Shown: positions 49,085 through 59,654 of the stretch, piece by piece
Layout of the letters: every line of letters begins with the position of its first letter
How positions within the stretch are numbered: position 1 is the stretch's first letter
Assembly (NCBI GenBank): GCA_002395065.1
Contig: DGVS01000007.1
Location: 67,981 to 131,980 of the forward strand
Reading direction: 5' to 3'
Length of the DNA stretch: 64,000 nucleotides
Origin: Bacillales bacterium UBA4278
GTDB lineage: Bacteria > Bacillota_I > Bacilli_A > RFN20 > CAG-826
The notes under the pieces: model-generated
The model's database searches: none
What the model saw: the letters and a program-made list of their open reading frames with translations, nothing else
Told to the model about the DNA's origin: nothing
Position numbers and translations under genes: made by a program

Positions 49085-50143
49085 ATGCTTAAGTACTCAA
49101 TTAAACGTATCATTCTAGCATTCGTGACCACGTTCATTATTTTGACGCTCACATTTTTCCTCATTAAATCACTTGGTCCAGCTAAAATCGCTTCTAGCAA
49201 ACCAGCGGAAGTTTACTCCTTCTATGAAACACAAGTCGAATACGGATACTGTGTCTCCTTTGACTCAATTCATCCAGAACTAGGAAGCTTCTTAGCTAAG
49301 TATGATGTCCCGGGCACTAGTAAGGTCATCTACTATTATGAAAAACCGATTGTTGAACAATACGGTGAATGGATTAAAAACATTGTTACCAAATTTGACT
49401 GGGGTCGTTCCACACATATTGACCCAGGCGCAAGCGCCATCTATATCATTGCGGAACGTTTACCAGTTTCCTTAAAGATTAATATTATTTCTGTTGTTTT
49501 ATCCGTTCCACTTGGAATCGGCTTAGGTATCTTAGCCGGTTTAAAGAAAAATACCTGGGTTGACCACACCATCTCCACATCCGTCATGGTGTTCATCTCC
49601 ATTCCATCGTTCGTTGTTATTACCTTCCTCCTTTGGGGCTTAGCGTATCATGGCAACTTACCAACCGAATGGCCAACCCCTGATAAATCAGATGGAGTGA
49701 AAGCACTTGGTTATATTATTCCAGTCTTATCTCTATCATTTGGTTCGATCTGCGGCTACACCCGTTTCGTTCGTGCGGAACTTTGTGAAGTTATGTCGAG
49801 TGAATACTTATTACTCGCCCGAACCAAAGGCTTAACCAAACGTCAAGCCATTATGCGTCACGCTTTACGTAACGCATTCGTCCCAATTCTTCCATCGATC
49901 CTTGCCGAATTCATCGGTATCTTCTCTGGATCAATGATTCTTGAAAAGATTTATAGCATTGGTGGAATTGGAGACTTATATATTCGTGCTCTTTCTGCAG
50001 GTAATACCGCGGACAGAGACTTAAACGTTTTAATGGTTGATATGGCCATCTTCACGATTGTCGGATTACTTGCGGGAGTAATTCTCGACCTCTCTTATGG
50101 CTTTATTGATCCACGTATTCGTATGGGAGAAAAGAACTCATAA
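49085..50143 (+). CDS. oppB: Oligopeptide ABC transporter permease OppB
   Basis: BPD_transp_1 EAA-like region LLLARTKGLTKRQAIMRHALRNAFVPIL. Confidence 0.85.
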   Translation: MLKYSIKRIILAFVTTFIILTLTFFLIKSLGPAKIASSKPAEVYSFYETQVEYGYCVSFDSIHPELGSFLAKYDVPGTSKVIYYYEKPIVEQYGEWIKNIVTKFDWGRSTHIDPGASAIYIIAERLPVSLKINIISVVLSVPLGIGLGILAGLKKNTWVDHTISTSVMVFISIPSFVVITFLLWGLAYHGNLPTEWPTPDKSDGVKALGYIIPVLSLSFGSICGYTRFVRAELCEVMSSEYLLLARTKGLTKRQAIMRHALRNAFVPILPSILAEFIGIFSGSMILEKIYSIGGIGDLYIRALSAGNTADRDLNVLMVDMAIFTIVGLLAGVILDLSYGFIDPRIRMGEKNS

Positions 50144-52356
50144 TGAAAAAGAAAAATGATGAATTTGAACTTCTAAAAGATTTACCTGAGGCCGCCCGCG
50201 ATCCTGAGATCAAGGCTGAAGATTTTGAACTTGTCGCCACAGATACGACAATTCATGAACAGAAGTTCCAAACTAAACCAACAACCTTCTTCCGTGACTG
50301 CTTAAGAAGATTCCGCAAAAACAAATCTTCTGTTGTTGCGACATGTATTTTGGGTGTCTTATTGCTTTTAGCAATCATTGTTCCAATTGCTTCACCATAT
50401 GATGTTAGTGCTGATGCAACAAACCTCGACTTTGAATACCTTGAACCAAAACTATTTGATGCTGGTACAGGATTCTGGGATGGAACAAGAAGATACGAAA
50501 ACTACTCTGTTGACGTTAGTGCTAAACCAGACGCCAAAACTGAAGAAGAAAAACAAGAATACTGGTGGCCAAACAAGACTTTCTTTAGAGAGTCTGCCAT
50601 TAGTAAAAAAGAATTCTCGGATGAAACATACATCAATTCCATCTCTGACTATGGTAAAGACGGATTTATCCGTCATACCTTAGTGAAGGATATGAAAGAT
50701 GATTATGCCGAATTATCCACCCAAATCATCGAGGAAGAACTTGATTTAACAACAACTTCCATCAAAATTACTTCTTTTGATACTTATGATCTAGACAAGA
50801 TTAATCTTCTTCCAAAAGAAGAAGCTCAACCACTTGATAGTAACTACACCTTAACGGAAGCTGGTCTCTATCTTGTTGCGATTGATGAAGATAGTGAAGA
50901 TCCAACAAAAGAAGTTAAAACTTATTATGAAATTGTTGAACCAAAGATGACTCAAGACATTGGCTCAGCTGTTTTAAGTAAGAAAACTGCAGCAGTGGAT
51001 GTAGCTACTGCTTTAGCACAGCACGGTGAAACACGCACTTCATTTAAGAAGTACTACTTCACTGTTGGTATCGAAAACAAACACGAAAACAAGAATAAAT
51101 GTACCTTAATTAAGTCTCTTGTTTTTGATGTTAGTGGAAACGAAGAAATCAAATCCATGTTATGCGACTATGAAAAAGTTGTTGATGAACAAACAGTCCA
51201 GAACAATGGTGCTTCCTTTACTGATGCTTCTAGCTCCTTTAGAGAGGAACCAGAAGATAAGTACGATAAGAACAAACCAAATTATGCTTACTTAACTCAT
51301 AACTCGAACCGCGGTAAAGGTATCTTTATGTCTAAGACATACCTTGTCTCATTCGTTTATGACACATATGAAGCAAAACTTGGTACACGTTTAACCACAG
51401 TTTCTTATAGTGACCTCAAAGCTTACTCTCGTGCTCATGTTTCTACCAGGAACAAATGGGGTAAGAAACTGATGAATATCAACATTGACATCACCGACGA
51501 AGGTGGTGCATGGCATGTTGATGAATCAACATTCATTTGTGAAATCCTTGAGCCAGAACTTTGTCCGTTAGCGAAAAATCTCACGATTGACGATATCTGG
51601 GTCCATCCAGATGGCGATGGTTTCATCATCGAAGGCTATGTGACGATGTATAAGTACTATGGTTATAGTACAATGCCAAAATTTATCCTTGGTACCGATA
51701 AGAATGGTAAAGACATGTTTAAATACGTCTTTGACGGTCTACGTTGGTCCCTCCTACTTGGTATCATCTCTTCCGCCGTCTGCTTTGTCTTCGGTTTGAT
51801 CTGGGGTGCCATCTGCGGATATTTCGGTGGCAACGTTGACTTAATCATGGAACGCTTTACCGATATTCTCTCTGGTATTCCATGGATTGTCGTAATGACT
51901 TTAGTCATCATTCACCTAGGTTCGAACTTTGTATCGTTTGCGATCGCTTTGTGTCTAACCGGGTGGATTGGAACAGCGGCAACAACGCGAACGCAGTTCT
52001 ATCGATTTAGATCTCGAGAATACGTTTTAGCGTCTCGTACATTAGGCGCAAGCGATGCTCGACTCATTTCCAAACACATCTTACCAAACGCGATGGGTAC
52101 AATTATTACCTCAGCGGTCTTAATGATCCCAAGTGTCATCTTCTCTGAAGCAACGATTTCCTACTTAGGACTTGGCTTTAAGAACTTAAGTTCACTTGGT
52201 GTTATTCTCTCGAATAACCAGACTGAGTTACAACAGTATCCATATCTATTAATCTTCCCAGCCGTCATTATTGCCTTGTTAATGATTTCATTTAACTTAT
52301 TTGGTAATGGATTACGTGATGCGGTGAACCCAAGCTTGAAAGGAGAAGGTGAATAA
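50143..52356 (+). CDS. oppC: Oligopeptide ABC transporter permease OppC with about 480-aa extracytoplasmic insertion after TM1
   Basis: C-terminal 250 aa are a canonical DppC/OppC permease core (ASRTLGASDARLISKHILPN); long hydrophilic N-terminal domain. Confidence 0.8.
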   Translation: MKKKNDEFELLKDLPEAARDPEIKAEDFELVATDTTIHEQKFQTKPTTFFRDCLRRFRKNKSSVVATCILGVLLLLAIIVPIASPYDVSADATNLDFEYLEPKLFDAGTGFWDGTRRYENYSVDVSAKPDAKTEEEKQEYWWPNKTFFRESAISKKEFSDETYINSISDYGKDGFIRHTLVKDMKDDYAELSTQIIEEELDLTTTSIKITSFDTYDLDKINLLPKEEAQPLDSNYTLTEAGLYLVAIDEDSEDPTKEVKTYYEIVEPKMTQDIGSAVLSKKTAAVDVATALAQHGETRTSFKKYYFTVGIENKHENKNKCTLIKSLVFDVSGNEEIKSMLCDYEKVVDEQTVQNNGASFTDASSSFREEPEDKYDKNKPNYAYLTHNSNRGKGIFMSKTYLVSFVYDTYEAKLGTRLTTVSYSDLKAYSRAHVSTRNKWGKKLMNINIDITDEGGAWHVDESTFICEILEPELCPLAKNLTIDDIWVHPDGDGFIIEGYVTMYKYYGYSTMPKFILGTDKNGKDMFKYVFDGLRWSLLLGIISSAVCFVFGLIWGAICGYFGGNVDLIMERFTDILSGIPWIVVMTLVIIHLGSNFVSFAIALCLTGWIGTAATTRTQFYRFRSREYVLASRTLGASDARLISKHILPNAMGTIITSAVLMIPSVIFSEATISYLGLGFKNLSSLGVILSNNQTELQQYPYLLIFPAVIIALLMISFNLFGNGLRDAVNPSLKGEGE

Positions 52357-54053
52357 TGGAACAAAAAGAAATTGTTTTATCCGTGAAAGATCTTCGCGTG
52401 AACTTCTCTACCGACCACGGTTATGTTCAAGCTGTTCGCGGTGTTTCCTTTGATTTATATAAAGGAGAAACCCTCTGTATTGTTGGTGAATCTGGTTCAG
52501 GTAAATCAGTCACCTCCAAAACAATCATGGGTATTTTAGCTGCTAACGGTCGGATCGTTGGTGGCTCCATCATGTACCAAGGTGAAGACCTCACCAAGGT
52601 TAGTGAAGACGAATTCCATCGCATTCGCGGTAATAAGATTGGAATGATCTTCCAAGATCCTCTTAGCTCACTCAACCCAATTGTTCGGATTGGTAAACAA
52701 ATTACCGAAGCAATGCTGGTCAACAATGACCGCATGAAACGTCTTTATGAAGAAAAGGTTGCTGATGAACTTGTTGCGTACCGTAACGCCCAAACCGAAC
52801 TTCGTACTGGTTTAAATAAAGGCAAAGAACTAGTCAAGTTCTATAAGAGCGAGAAAAAGAAGGAAGTTGCTAAAGCAAAAAGCTATGCACATAACGAGAA
52901 AGAATCTCGTTTATACACTTTAAAACAAACTTCTGGAGCAAATCTATTTGAGATTCAAAATGATGATTCTTTAACGGATGCCGAGAAGTATATTAAGTCT
53001 CGTTATCTTGAAGAAGATACCATCGACGAAAAAAAGAAGATTTCTAAGTTCGCGAAAGAGCTTGATAAGTCCACCAAGGACAAAGTCAACAAAGTCAAAG
53101 CTGAATTTGATGAAAAGATTGCTAAGGCTAAAGCCGAAGCCAAATCCGAAAAAGGTGATTTGATTGCTAAATACAAACCACTTATTAAGGAAAATAAGGC
53201 GAAATACAAAGAAGCTTCGAAGAAAGCGAAACAAGAAGTCAAAGAATACAAACACGAACTCAAAGTCAAATGCGATGAAGATATCGCCAAAATCAAACTT
53301 GATACAGACGATCGACAAGAGCAGAAGGAAAAGATTGAGAAACGTAAAGCCGAATACATTGCTTCAATTAAGATCACTAAAGCCGAAGCTAAAGCTAGAG
53401 CTTTAAAGATTATGGCTGAAGTCGGTATTCCAAACCCAGAAAAACGTTTCCGTCAATATCCATTTGAGTTCTCCGGTGGTATGAGACAACGTATTGTTAT
53501 TGCGATTGCCTTAACCGCTGACCCAGATATTCTCATCTGTGACGAACCAACAACCGCTCTTGACGTGACGATTCAAGCACAGATTCTTGAACTCATTAAC
53601 CGTCTTAAACGTGAGCGTGAATTATCATGTATCTTCATTACCCACGACTTAGGTGTCGTGGCCAACATGGCTGACCGTGTCGCGGTGATGTATGCTGGTA
53701 AGATTGTTGAATATGGCTTAGAAGAAGATATCTTCTATGATCCACGTCACCCATACACCTGGGCTCTACTTTCCTCGATTCCTGATATTGATAGCAAGGA
53801 AAAACTCGAGGCGATCCCAGGAACACCTCCAAATATGATTTATCCACCAATTGGAGATGCGTTTGCCTTACGTAGTAAATACGCCATGGCAATCGACTTT
53901 AAGAAAGAGCCACCTTTATTTAAGGTGTCTGATACACATTATGCTGCCACATGGCTTCTTGATCCACGTGCACCAAAGGTAGAAATGCCAAAGATTGTTA
54001 AAACTCGTATCGAGAACTCTTTAAAAGCAGCGAAGAAAGGAGCGAAAAAATAA
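52356..54053 (+). CDS. oppD: Oligopeptide ABC transporter ATPase OppD with about 220-aa Lys/Glu-rich coiled-coil insertion
   Basis: Walker A GESGSGKSVT, signature FSGGMRQR, Walker B ILICDEPTTALD; insertion between Q-loop and signature motif. Confidence 0.85.
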   Translation: MEQKEIVLSVKDLRVNFSTDHGYVQAVRGVSFDLYKGETLCIVGESGSGKSVTSKTIMGILAANGRIVGGSIMYQGEDLTKVSEDEFHRIRGNKIGMIFQDPLSSLNPIVRIGKQITEAMLVNNDRMKRLYEEKVADELVAYRNAQTELRTGLNKGKELVKFYKSEKKKEVAKAKSYAHNEKESRLYTLKQTSGANLFEIQNDDSLTDAEKYIKSRYLEEDTIDEKKKISKFAKELDKSTKDKVNKVKAEFDEKIAKAKAEAKSEKGDLIAKYKPLIKENKAKYKEASKKAKQEVKEYKHELKVKCDEDIAKIKLDTDDRQEQKEKIEKRKAEYIASIKITKAEAKARALKIMAEVGIPNPEKRFRQYPFEFSGGMRQRIVIAIALTADPDILICDEPTTALDVTIQAQILELINRLKRERELSCIFITHDLGVVANMADRVAVMYAGKIVEYGLEEDIFYDPRHPYTWALLSSIPDIDSKEKLEAIPGTPPNMIYPPIGDAFALRSKYAMAIDFKKEPPLFKVSDTHYAATWLLDPRAPKVEMPKIVKTRIENSLKAAKKGAKK

Positions 54054-55930
54054 TGAAACTCAAACGTGAAGTTAGCTATCGCCCTGAACTCGTTGAACAA
54101 GGGGTTGAATTATCTGTTCGACACTTAAAGCAATATTTTAACTTTGGTCACGGACGTAATTCGTTTAAAACAAAAGCCGTGCATGATGTCTCTTTCGACA
54201 TCAAAAAAGGCGAATGTTTTGGTCTTGTTGGTGAATCCGGTTGTGGTAAAACCACAACAGGTCGTTCATTAATTCGTCTCTACCACATTACCAGTGGTTC
54301 CATTTATTTTGAAGGTTACCGAATTAGTGCTGGACGAAGATGGAACGATAAGGAAATTAAGTGGTCCCGTATTAAAGGACATAACAAGATTAAAGAACTT
54401 CGTCACGAAGCTAGCCTAAAACTTCAAGAAGAAAAGGATAGCGCTAAACGCAAAGAAATTGTTCGTAAGCGTGATGAAGAAATCAAAAAGATTAAAGCTC
54501 ACATTAAATCAACTCGTAAGGAGCAAAAAGAAGCCATTGCTCAAATTAAGTACGACAACAAACATGTCGATAAGAAATTAATGAGCAAGATGCAGATGAT
54601 TTTCCAGGATCCAGTTGATTCTCTTGACCCACGTATGACTGTCGAAGACATCATTCAAGAAGGTCTTCGTATCCAAGGCGAGAACAATAAGTTCGCCAAC
54701 TCTCGAAAAGTGGCCGAAGTTCTCGAAAGAGTTGGATTAATTCCAGAATATGCTTCTCGTTATCCACACGAATTCTCTGGTGGACAACGTCAGCGTATCG
54801 GTATTGCTCGTGCACTCGTGATGAATCCAAGATTCCTCATCTGCGACGAACCAATCTCCGCCTTGGACGTCTCGATCCGTGCCCAAATCATTAACTTGTT
54901 AAATGATTTAAAAGAGGAAATGGGCTTAACAATCATGTTTATTGCTCACGACTTATCTGTCGTCAAATATTTCTGTGACCGTATTGGTGTGATGTATTTT
55001 GGTCAACTCGTTGAGTTAGCCAGTTCTGATGAACTCTTTAGACATCCATTACACCCATACACCAACGCCTTATTGTCGGCTATTCCAAAGCCAGATCCAA
55101 TCAGCGAAAAGAAACGTCAAAGAATTGTCTATAAACCAGATGAAGTTCACGATTATTCTAAAGAAAAGCCACAGCTTGTGGAAATTGTTCCAGGACACTG
55201 GGTTTTAGCCAATAAGCCAGAAATCAAGAAATATAAAGAAGTGATTGCTTCGATTGATAAAGAAGCACCAGTTGTTTCAAAAGCTGAAGAAAAGGCGAAA
55301 GAAAAAGCCTTGAAAGAAGCTCTTCGTAAACAAGAAGAAGAAACTAAAGCGCTTGAAAGAGCAAAAGCCGCTGAAGAAGCTCGTAAAGCTCAAGAAGCAG
55401 CCAAAGCAGAAGAAGAACAACGTCGTAAGCGCGAATACGCTCGTGCCCATCGCGATTCTAATCCAGATGTTCCACGTATGTTTAAGTCCGAACCTGCTAA
55501 AAAGGCAAAAGAACCAAGATTTGCTAATGAAAATGAGCGTGAAGTGGCGGAAAGACTACGTCGCTATCGTCCTGAAGCTGAACAACGTCCAGCCCTCTTA
55601 GACAAGAAAGAAGAACATTATGATCTTCCACTCTTTACAAAGAAAGTCGAGCCAAAAGAAGAACATGTCGAACTTCGAATGTTTGAGAAGAAACCTGTTC
55701 AGGCAAAGTTAGAAGAAAGTGTTAGTGCTCCAAAACTTGAAAGCAACAAACTTGTCCATCTAACCAAAAACGCCAAAGGTGAATATCAACTTAAACAAGT
55801 TGGCGAATCTAAACCAATTGCTGTCTTCAAGAGTAATGACGAAGCGATGAAATTCGCTTACGCCTTAAAAGAAGTTAATGGTGTATCCGTTTGTGCTCGT
55901 GATGAAAACGGCAAAGTTTACAAGATTTAA
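54053..55930 (+). CDS. oppF: Oligopeptide ABC transporter ATPase OppF with internal insertion and about 290-aa C-terminal extension
   Basis: Walker [11 protein letters not shown], signature FSGGQRQR, Walker [12 protein letters not shown]; K/E/A-rich tail. Confidence 0.85.
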   Translation: MKLKREVSYRPELVEQGVELSVRHLKQYFNFGHGRNSFKTKAVHDVSFDIKKGECFGLVGESGCGKTTTGRSLIRLYHITSGSIYFEGYRISAGRRWNDKEIKWSRIKGHNKIKELRHEASLKLQEEKDSAKRKEIVRKRDEEIKKIKAHIKSTRKEQKEAIAQIKYDNKHVDKKLMSKMQMIFQDPVDSLDPRMTVEDIIQEGLRIQGENNKFANSRKVAEVLERVGLIPEYASRYPHEFSGGQRQRIGIARALVMNPRFLICDEPISALDVSIRAQIINLLNDLKEEMGLTIMFIAHDLSVVKYFCDRIGVMYFGQLVELASSDELFRHPLHPYTNALLSAIPKPDPISEKKRQRIVYKPDEVHDYSKEKPQLVEIVPGHWVLANKPEIKKYKEVIASIDKEAPVVSKAEEKAKEKALKEALRKQEEETKALERAKAAEEARKAQEAAKAEEEQRRKREYARAHRDSNPDVPRMFKSEPAKKAKEPRFANENEREVAERLRRYRPEAEQRPALLDKKEEHYDLPLFTKKVEPKEEHVELRMFEKKPVQAKLEESVSAPKLESNKLVHLTKNAKGEYQLKQVGESKPIAVFKSNDEAMKFAYALKEVNGVSVCARDENGKVYKI

Positions 55931-55941
55931 CTAATTTAAAA

Positions 55942-55975
55942 ACCCAGTCATCAGTTCAAGTGGCTGGGTTTTTTA
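55942..55975 (+). terminator. Terminator after oppF
   Basis: AACCCAG...CTGGGTT hairpin + TTTTTATTT. Confidence 0.65.
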
Positions 55976-55980
55976 TTTGG

Positions 55981-56526
55981 TTAGAATGTATGATCAATTT
56001 TATGAGCTGCTTTATAAGCAGTGATATCTGAGATGAGGGAAGAGACAAAACCAACTAGTAACATTAGCGGCGTATTAATCAAGAATGATAACAAGGCTGT
56101 TTCCCATCCTTTTTGGTAAAGGATAAAGCAGTTTAGAATCGTTAATAGTGGTGAAATGATGATAAAGAAGATAAATGATGTAATCAGTGTCGCAAGTAAA
56201 CGATACTGCATATTTCCTGTATAAGTATCATTTCTGACACCAAATAAGCCTGTAAACCAACGTCCAATACGTGTGAGAGGGATAAAGTTAGCAATGCACA
56301 TGGCCAATACAAAACTCACACCAAAGTTAATGGCAAAGTCTCTAAAGCTTAGAAGCTTAAACGCAATATGAAGTGTTCCATCACTAAATGTGGAACAAGC
56401 AGAGATGGAAGAGAACAAACACAAAAAGAAGCAAACTGGAATATTGCAGACAATAGAATAAACCAGTAGGGCGGTTTTTGACTTACGGTATGCGATTTTT
56501 TCCTCTTGCGTCATATTCTTTTTCAT
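55981..56526 (-). CDS. Integral membrane protein, function unknown
   Basis: Five TM helices. Confidence 0.45.
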   Translation of the reverse strand: MKKNMTQEEKIAYRKSKTALLVYSIVCNIPVCFFLCLFSSISACSTFSDGTLHIAFKLLSFRDFAINFGVSFVLAMCIANFIPLTRIGRWFTGLFGVRNDTYTGNMQYRLLATLITSFIFFIIISPLLTILNCFILYQKGWETALLSFLINTPLMLLVGFVSSLISDITAYKAAHKIDHTF

Positions 56527-56585
56527 AGGTTGAAAATTATATAGTAATCCGTCTATTTATCAAGAGGTATATTTAGAAAGCGATT

Positions 56586-57698
56586 TCAACTCATTAACTT
56601 TTGGCCACAAATAAAAGCCCAGGTTAAGTTATAACCGCCACACGGACCATGCATATCCAAGACTTCTCCAACAAAGTGAACGTTTGGTTCAGATTTGCTT
56701 TCAAAGTTTGGTTTGACTTGATCGATACTAATGCCACCAATCGTAATTTGACTATTTTCAAAATCATAAAAATCTTTAAAAGTGAACTTGAAATTTTGTA
56801 GATCTTTAATGTAGTTTTTATCACTAATTCGTGAAGAAAAATATTCGACTAATTTTGGAGAAAAATAATTCTCTAAAAATTCTGTTTTAACCGAGAATTG
56901 CTGGTAATTTTCCTTTAAATCTCCATTAAAATCTGGAAGAACATTTAAAACTATTTCGTAATTATATGTTGGGTTTTTGATATGGTTTGATGCGTTGAAA
57001 ATAACGATGCCAGAAAGGCCATCTTTCTTAAATAAAACCTCACCGTCTTCATTGAAAACTTTTATACCGTTTTCTAATAAAGTAACGTTTGCTTTAACAC
57101 GCAAACCATCAACAAGTTTTGTGTTCTCCTTTGTTTCAATTGGAACAAGTCCAGGATGAAGCGGAACGATGGTGTAGTGGTGTTTCTTTAAAATTTCATA
57201 AATCGATCCATCATTACCAAGTCCTTTTGTTGATTTACCACCTGTAGCAATAATAAGTTTGTCAGAATCATAAGTATCTCTATTAGTTTTAACTCTGACA
57301 CCGTTTTTAATAACTTCGTAATCAACGAAGTCTTCCTCAAGATGAATCTTTACACCTAGTTTGTCGGCTTCTTTTAACATTTGGTTACGAACCGTTTGTG
57401 CAGATTCACTGTATGGATAAATTAGATCCCCAATCGCTTTTGTTTTAAATCCATATGATTCGACATACTTAATATATTCTTTAAAAGAATATAAACCCAT
57501 CAATTCTGGATGATTATATTTGGAGATATCTAATTTTTGATTTCCTAAGTTACAACGTCCATTACCAGTTGCTAAAATCTTACGAAGTGCTTTATCACTG
57601 TGTTCAATGATGATGACATCGTCTTTTGGATACTTTCTTTTAATATTGATTGCCGAAGCAACACCTGATGCTCCAGCTCCGATAATGATGCATTTCAT
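56586..57698 (-). CDS. HI0933/YhiN-like FAD-dependent flavoprotein (aminoacetone-oxidase family)
   Basis: Start reassigned to ATG 57698 (listed longer ORF would overlap tRNA-Arg); IIIGAGASGVASAI dinucleotide-binding motif, GNGRCNL motif. Confidence 0.75.
   Translation of the reverse strand: MKCIIIGAGASGVASAINIKRKYPKDDVIIIEHSDKALRKILATGNGRCNLGNQKLDISKYNHPELMGLYSFKEYIKYVESYGFKTKAIGDLIYPYSESAQTVRNQMLKEADKLGVKIHLEEDFVDYEVIKNGVRVKTNRDTYDSDKLIIATGGKSTKGLGNDGSIYEILKKHHYTIVPLHPGLVPIETKENTKLVDGLRVKANVTLLENGIKVFNEDGEVLFKKDGLSGIVIFNASNHIKNPTYNYEIVLNVLPDFNGDLKENYQQFSVKTEFLENYFSPKLVEYFSSRISDKNYIKDLQNFKFTFKDFYDFENSQITIGGISIDQVKPNFESKSEPNVHFVGEVLDMHGPCGGYNLTWAFICGQKLMS
56887..56905 (+). repeat. Dispersed 19-mer TTAACCGAGAATTGCTGGT (intragenic copy)
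   Basis: Exact 19/19 match to 8358-8376 and to the reverse complement of 60434-60452. Confidence 0.8.
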
Positions 57699-57752
57699 AC
57701 AAATAACTTTAACATAATTTAGTTGTTTATTATATAATTTACTCATTAATTC

Positions 57753-57829
57753 GCCCCAATAGCGCAACTGGATAGAGTATCAGACTTCGAATCTGAGGGT
57801 TGTGGGTTCGATTCCTACTTGGGGCGCCA
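57753..57829 (+). tRNA. tRNA-Arg (anticodon TCG)
   Basis: Acceptor GCCCCAA/TTGGGGC, anticodon stem-loop TCAGA-CTTCGAA-TCTGA, T-loop TTCGATT, encoded CCA. Confidence 0.85.
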
Positions 57830-57857
57830 AAAGCACCGATTACGGTGCTTTTTTTCT
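57829..57857 (+). terminator. Terminator after tRNA-Arg
   Basis: GCACCG-ATTA-CGGTGC hairpin + TTTTTTTCT. Confidence 0.6.
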
Positions 57858-57901
57858 AAAGAAAAACCTCCACAAGGAGGTTGATTCTATTAGTTAATAA
57901 A

Positions 57902-59506
57902 TTAAGCTTTTGTAACAGTAATTATGGCTTGAGATTCAGAAAGAGAATTAACAGTAAATGACCAACCTAAATCTTGGTTGTTATTCATTTTACCAGTTTT
58001 ATAAAACTGGTTAGCATAATATGACATTGTGAATGTATCACCTTGTTTAAACAGATCACTATTTGTCATTTGGTTTTTTGGTTTATAATCCTCGTCTTTA
58101 TCATTACGGATAAATTGAAGAAGGTTGAAATTATAGTAACTTGAACCTTTAAAGGAAGCATAGCCTCCTCCATAGGAGTTGGCCATGACATGATAAACTC
58201 CGTAATCAGTTCCAGAATATGTTGGGTCGCTAATAAAGTCATCAGACCAAATTATTTCATCGCCTTGCCAGGAATGTTTTATTCCTGTAGCGTACATTAA
58301 ACGTGCATCCACGTGCCACACACGAATACCAATGTCAGTTGGGCCGCGATCATATTGAGAATAACTATAATCACTATCGAATTTGTTTAATCCGGTTGGC
58401 GAATATAATTCAACAAGTAAATATTCATCAAATGGTGAATCAACACTATGATTTGCAAGCAAAATTACATCATGTGTTGCTTGGAAATTACGTATTAAGA
58501 TGGTGGATGTTTCAGTTGGAATATAAGGTTCAGCCCATCCATAAGCCATCGCTGAATAAGGATCATGACCGCCGATATTCCAGTCTTGCATACTAAATCC
58601 ACCTGATGGGCAGTAGCGTGTCGATTCGTTATTGTCATAATAGTCTTCAAGACCAAGCACATGCCCCATTTCATGGATAAACGTATGCGCGTCAATATTA
58701 CAATGGCTACAATCTCCAGTAGCGTAAAGTGATTGCTGTGTTCTTAAATAAGCATTGTTGGAATCATACATAAAATCGTATGAAGCCCAGAAGAATGTTT
58801 TAGCAGTAGGATTGGTTACATCTGGATTATTACCCAGCCAATAGCAATAAGCCCAAAGATTTGATCCTGCTGATGGATTAGCAGCACTATCTGCGGCAGC
58901 ATAAATGAGCATCACACCATCAAGATAACCATCTCCGTTACTGTCATAATCAGTACGTGATTCAGTTGGATGATTATTAAAATAATCAGTTGTAGCAGTA
59001 TTAACTAGAGAAGTTGTTTTACTTAGATAAGCATCGTTTCCATAAATGGATGAGCTACTGCTAACGGTATACCAATCAGCAACAGTTGCCTCTAAATTAA
59101 GTTTGTTTAATGATTCTTCTTGATAGAAAGTTCTCACGCTTCTCCACCCAGTTTCTTCGTTTGTTCCAATATAAGCTTTTTCAATATCCGAACGAACACT
59201 TTCCTTCATTGAAGGAGAAATAAAATCTTCCGAATCAGAAAACCAGATTGGAATAATTAATAATTTTGGACTTCCACTAAGTGGACAATTGTCGGTTCCG
59301 TACGCACTATGAGAGTGGTAATCATCGTAATCATAAAGTAGCTTCGTCTTTTCAACAGATGGGTCTGGTTCAGGAATTGATGTCAAGCTTGATGAAGTGC
59401 TAACACTCGCGGTTGATTTCTTTTTCCTTGAATTATTAGACATTGTGCATCCAACTAGAATAAGCGTGGACAGCGGAATTATAAGAAGTTTCTTTTGAAT
59501 TTTCAT
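57902..59506 (-). CDS. Lipoprotein zinc metalloprotease (HExxH...D metzincin/M6-like motif)
   Basis: Lipobox LILVGC; HEMGHVLGLEDYYD zinc-binding motif. Confidence 0.6.
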   Translation of the reverse strand: MKIQKKLLIIPLSTLILVGCTMSNNSRKKKSTASVSTSSSLTSIPEPDPSVEKTKLLYDYDDYHSHSAYGTDNCPLSGSPKLLIIPIWFSDSEDFISPSMKESVRSDIEKAYIGTNEETGWRSVRTFYQEESLNKLNLEATVADWYTVSSSSSIYGNDAYLSKTTSLVNTATTDYFNNHPTESRTDYDSNGDGYLDGVMLIYAAADSAANPSAGSNLWAYCYWLGNNPDVTNPTAKTFFWASYDFMYDSNNAYLRTQQSLYATGDCSHCNIDAHTFIHEMGHVLGLEDYYDNNESTRYCPSGGFSMQDWNIGGHDPYSAMAYGWAEPYIPTETSTILIRNFQATHDVILLANHSVDSPFDEYLLVELYSPTGLNKFDSDYSYSQYDRGPTDIGIRVWHVDARLMYATGIKHSWQGDEIIWSDDFISDPTYSGTDYGVYHVMANSYGGGYASFKGSSYYNFNLLQFIRNDKDEDYKPKNQMTNSDLFKQGDTFTMSYYANQFYKTGKMNNNQDLGWSFTVNSLSESQAIITVTKA

Positions 59507-59654
59507 TTTTGTACTTTGAGTTATATATCACTAACCTGCTAGTATTTTATCAAAACTAAAATTTCTTTCATATAAGAAAGAGAAATTAATTTTTTCTATT
59601 TCATTATTAGTCGATTTGTGAAATGATATTCATGGTTTTGTACAACAAAAGATT

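Noticed and set aside
52971-53406. Several ORFs on both strands inside oppD
   Set aside because: They fall in the Lys/Glu-rich low-complexity insertion of OppD, which makes compositional artefacts
57699-57767. Listed extended start of the flavoprotein ORF
   Set aside because: Would overlap tRNA-Arg (57753-57829) on the opposite strand; internal ATG at 57698 gives the canonical GAGASG N-terminus
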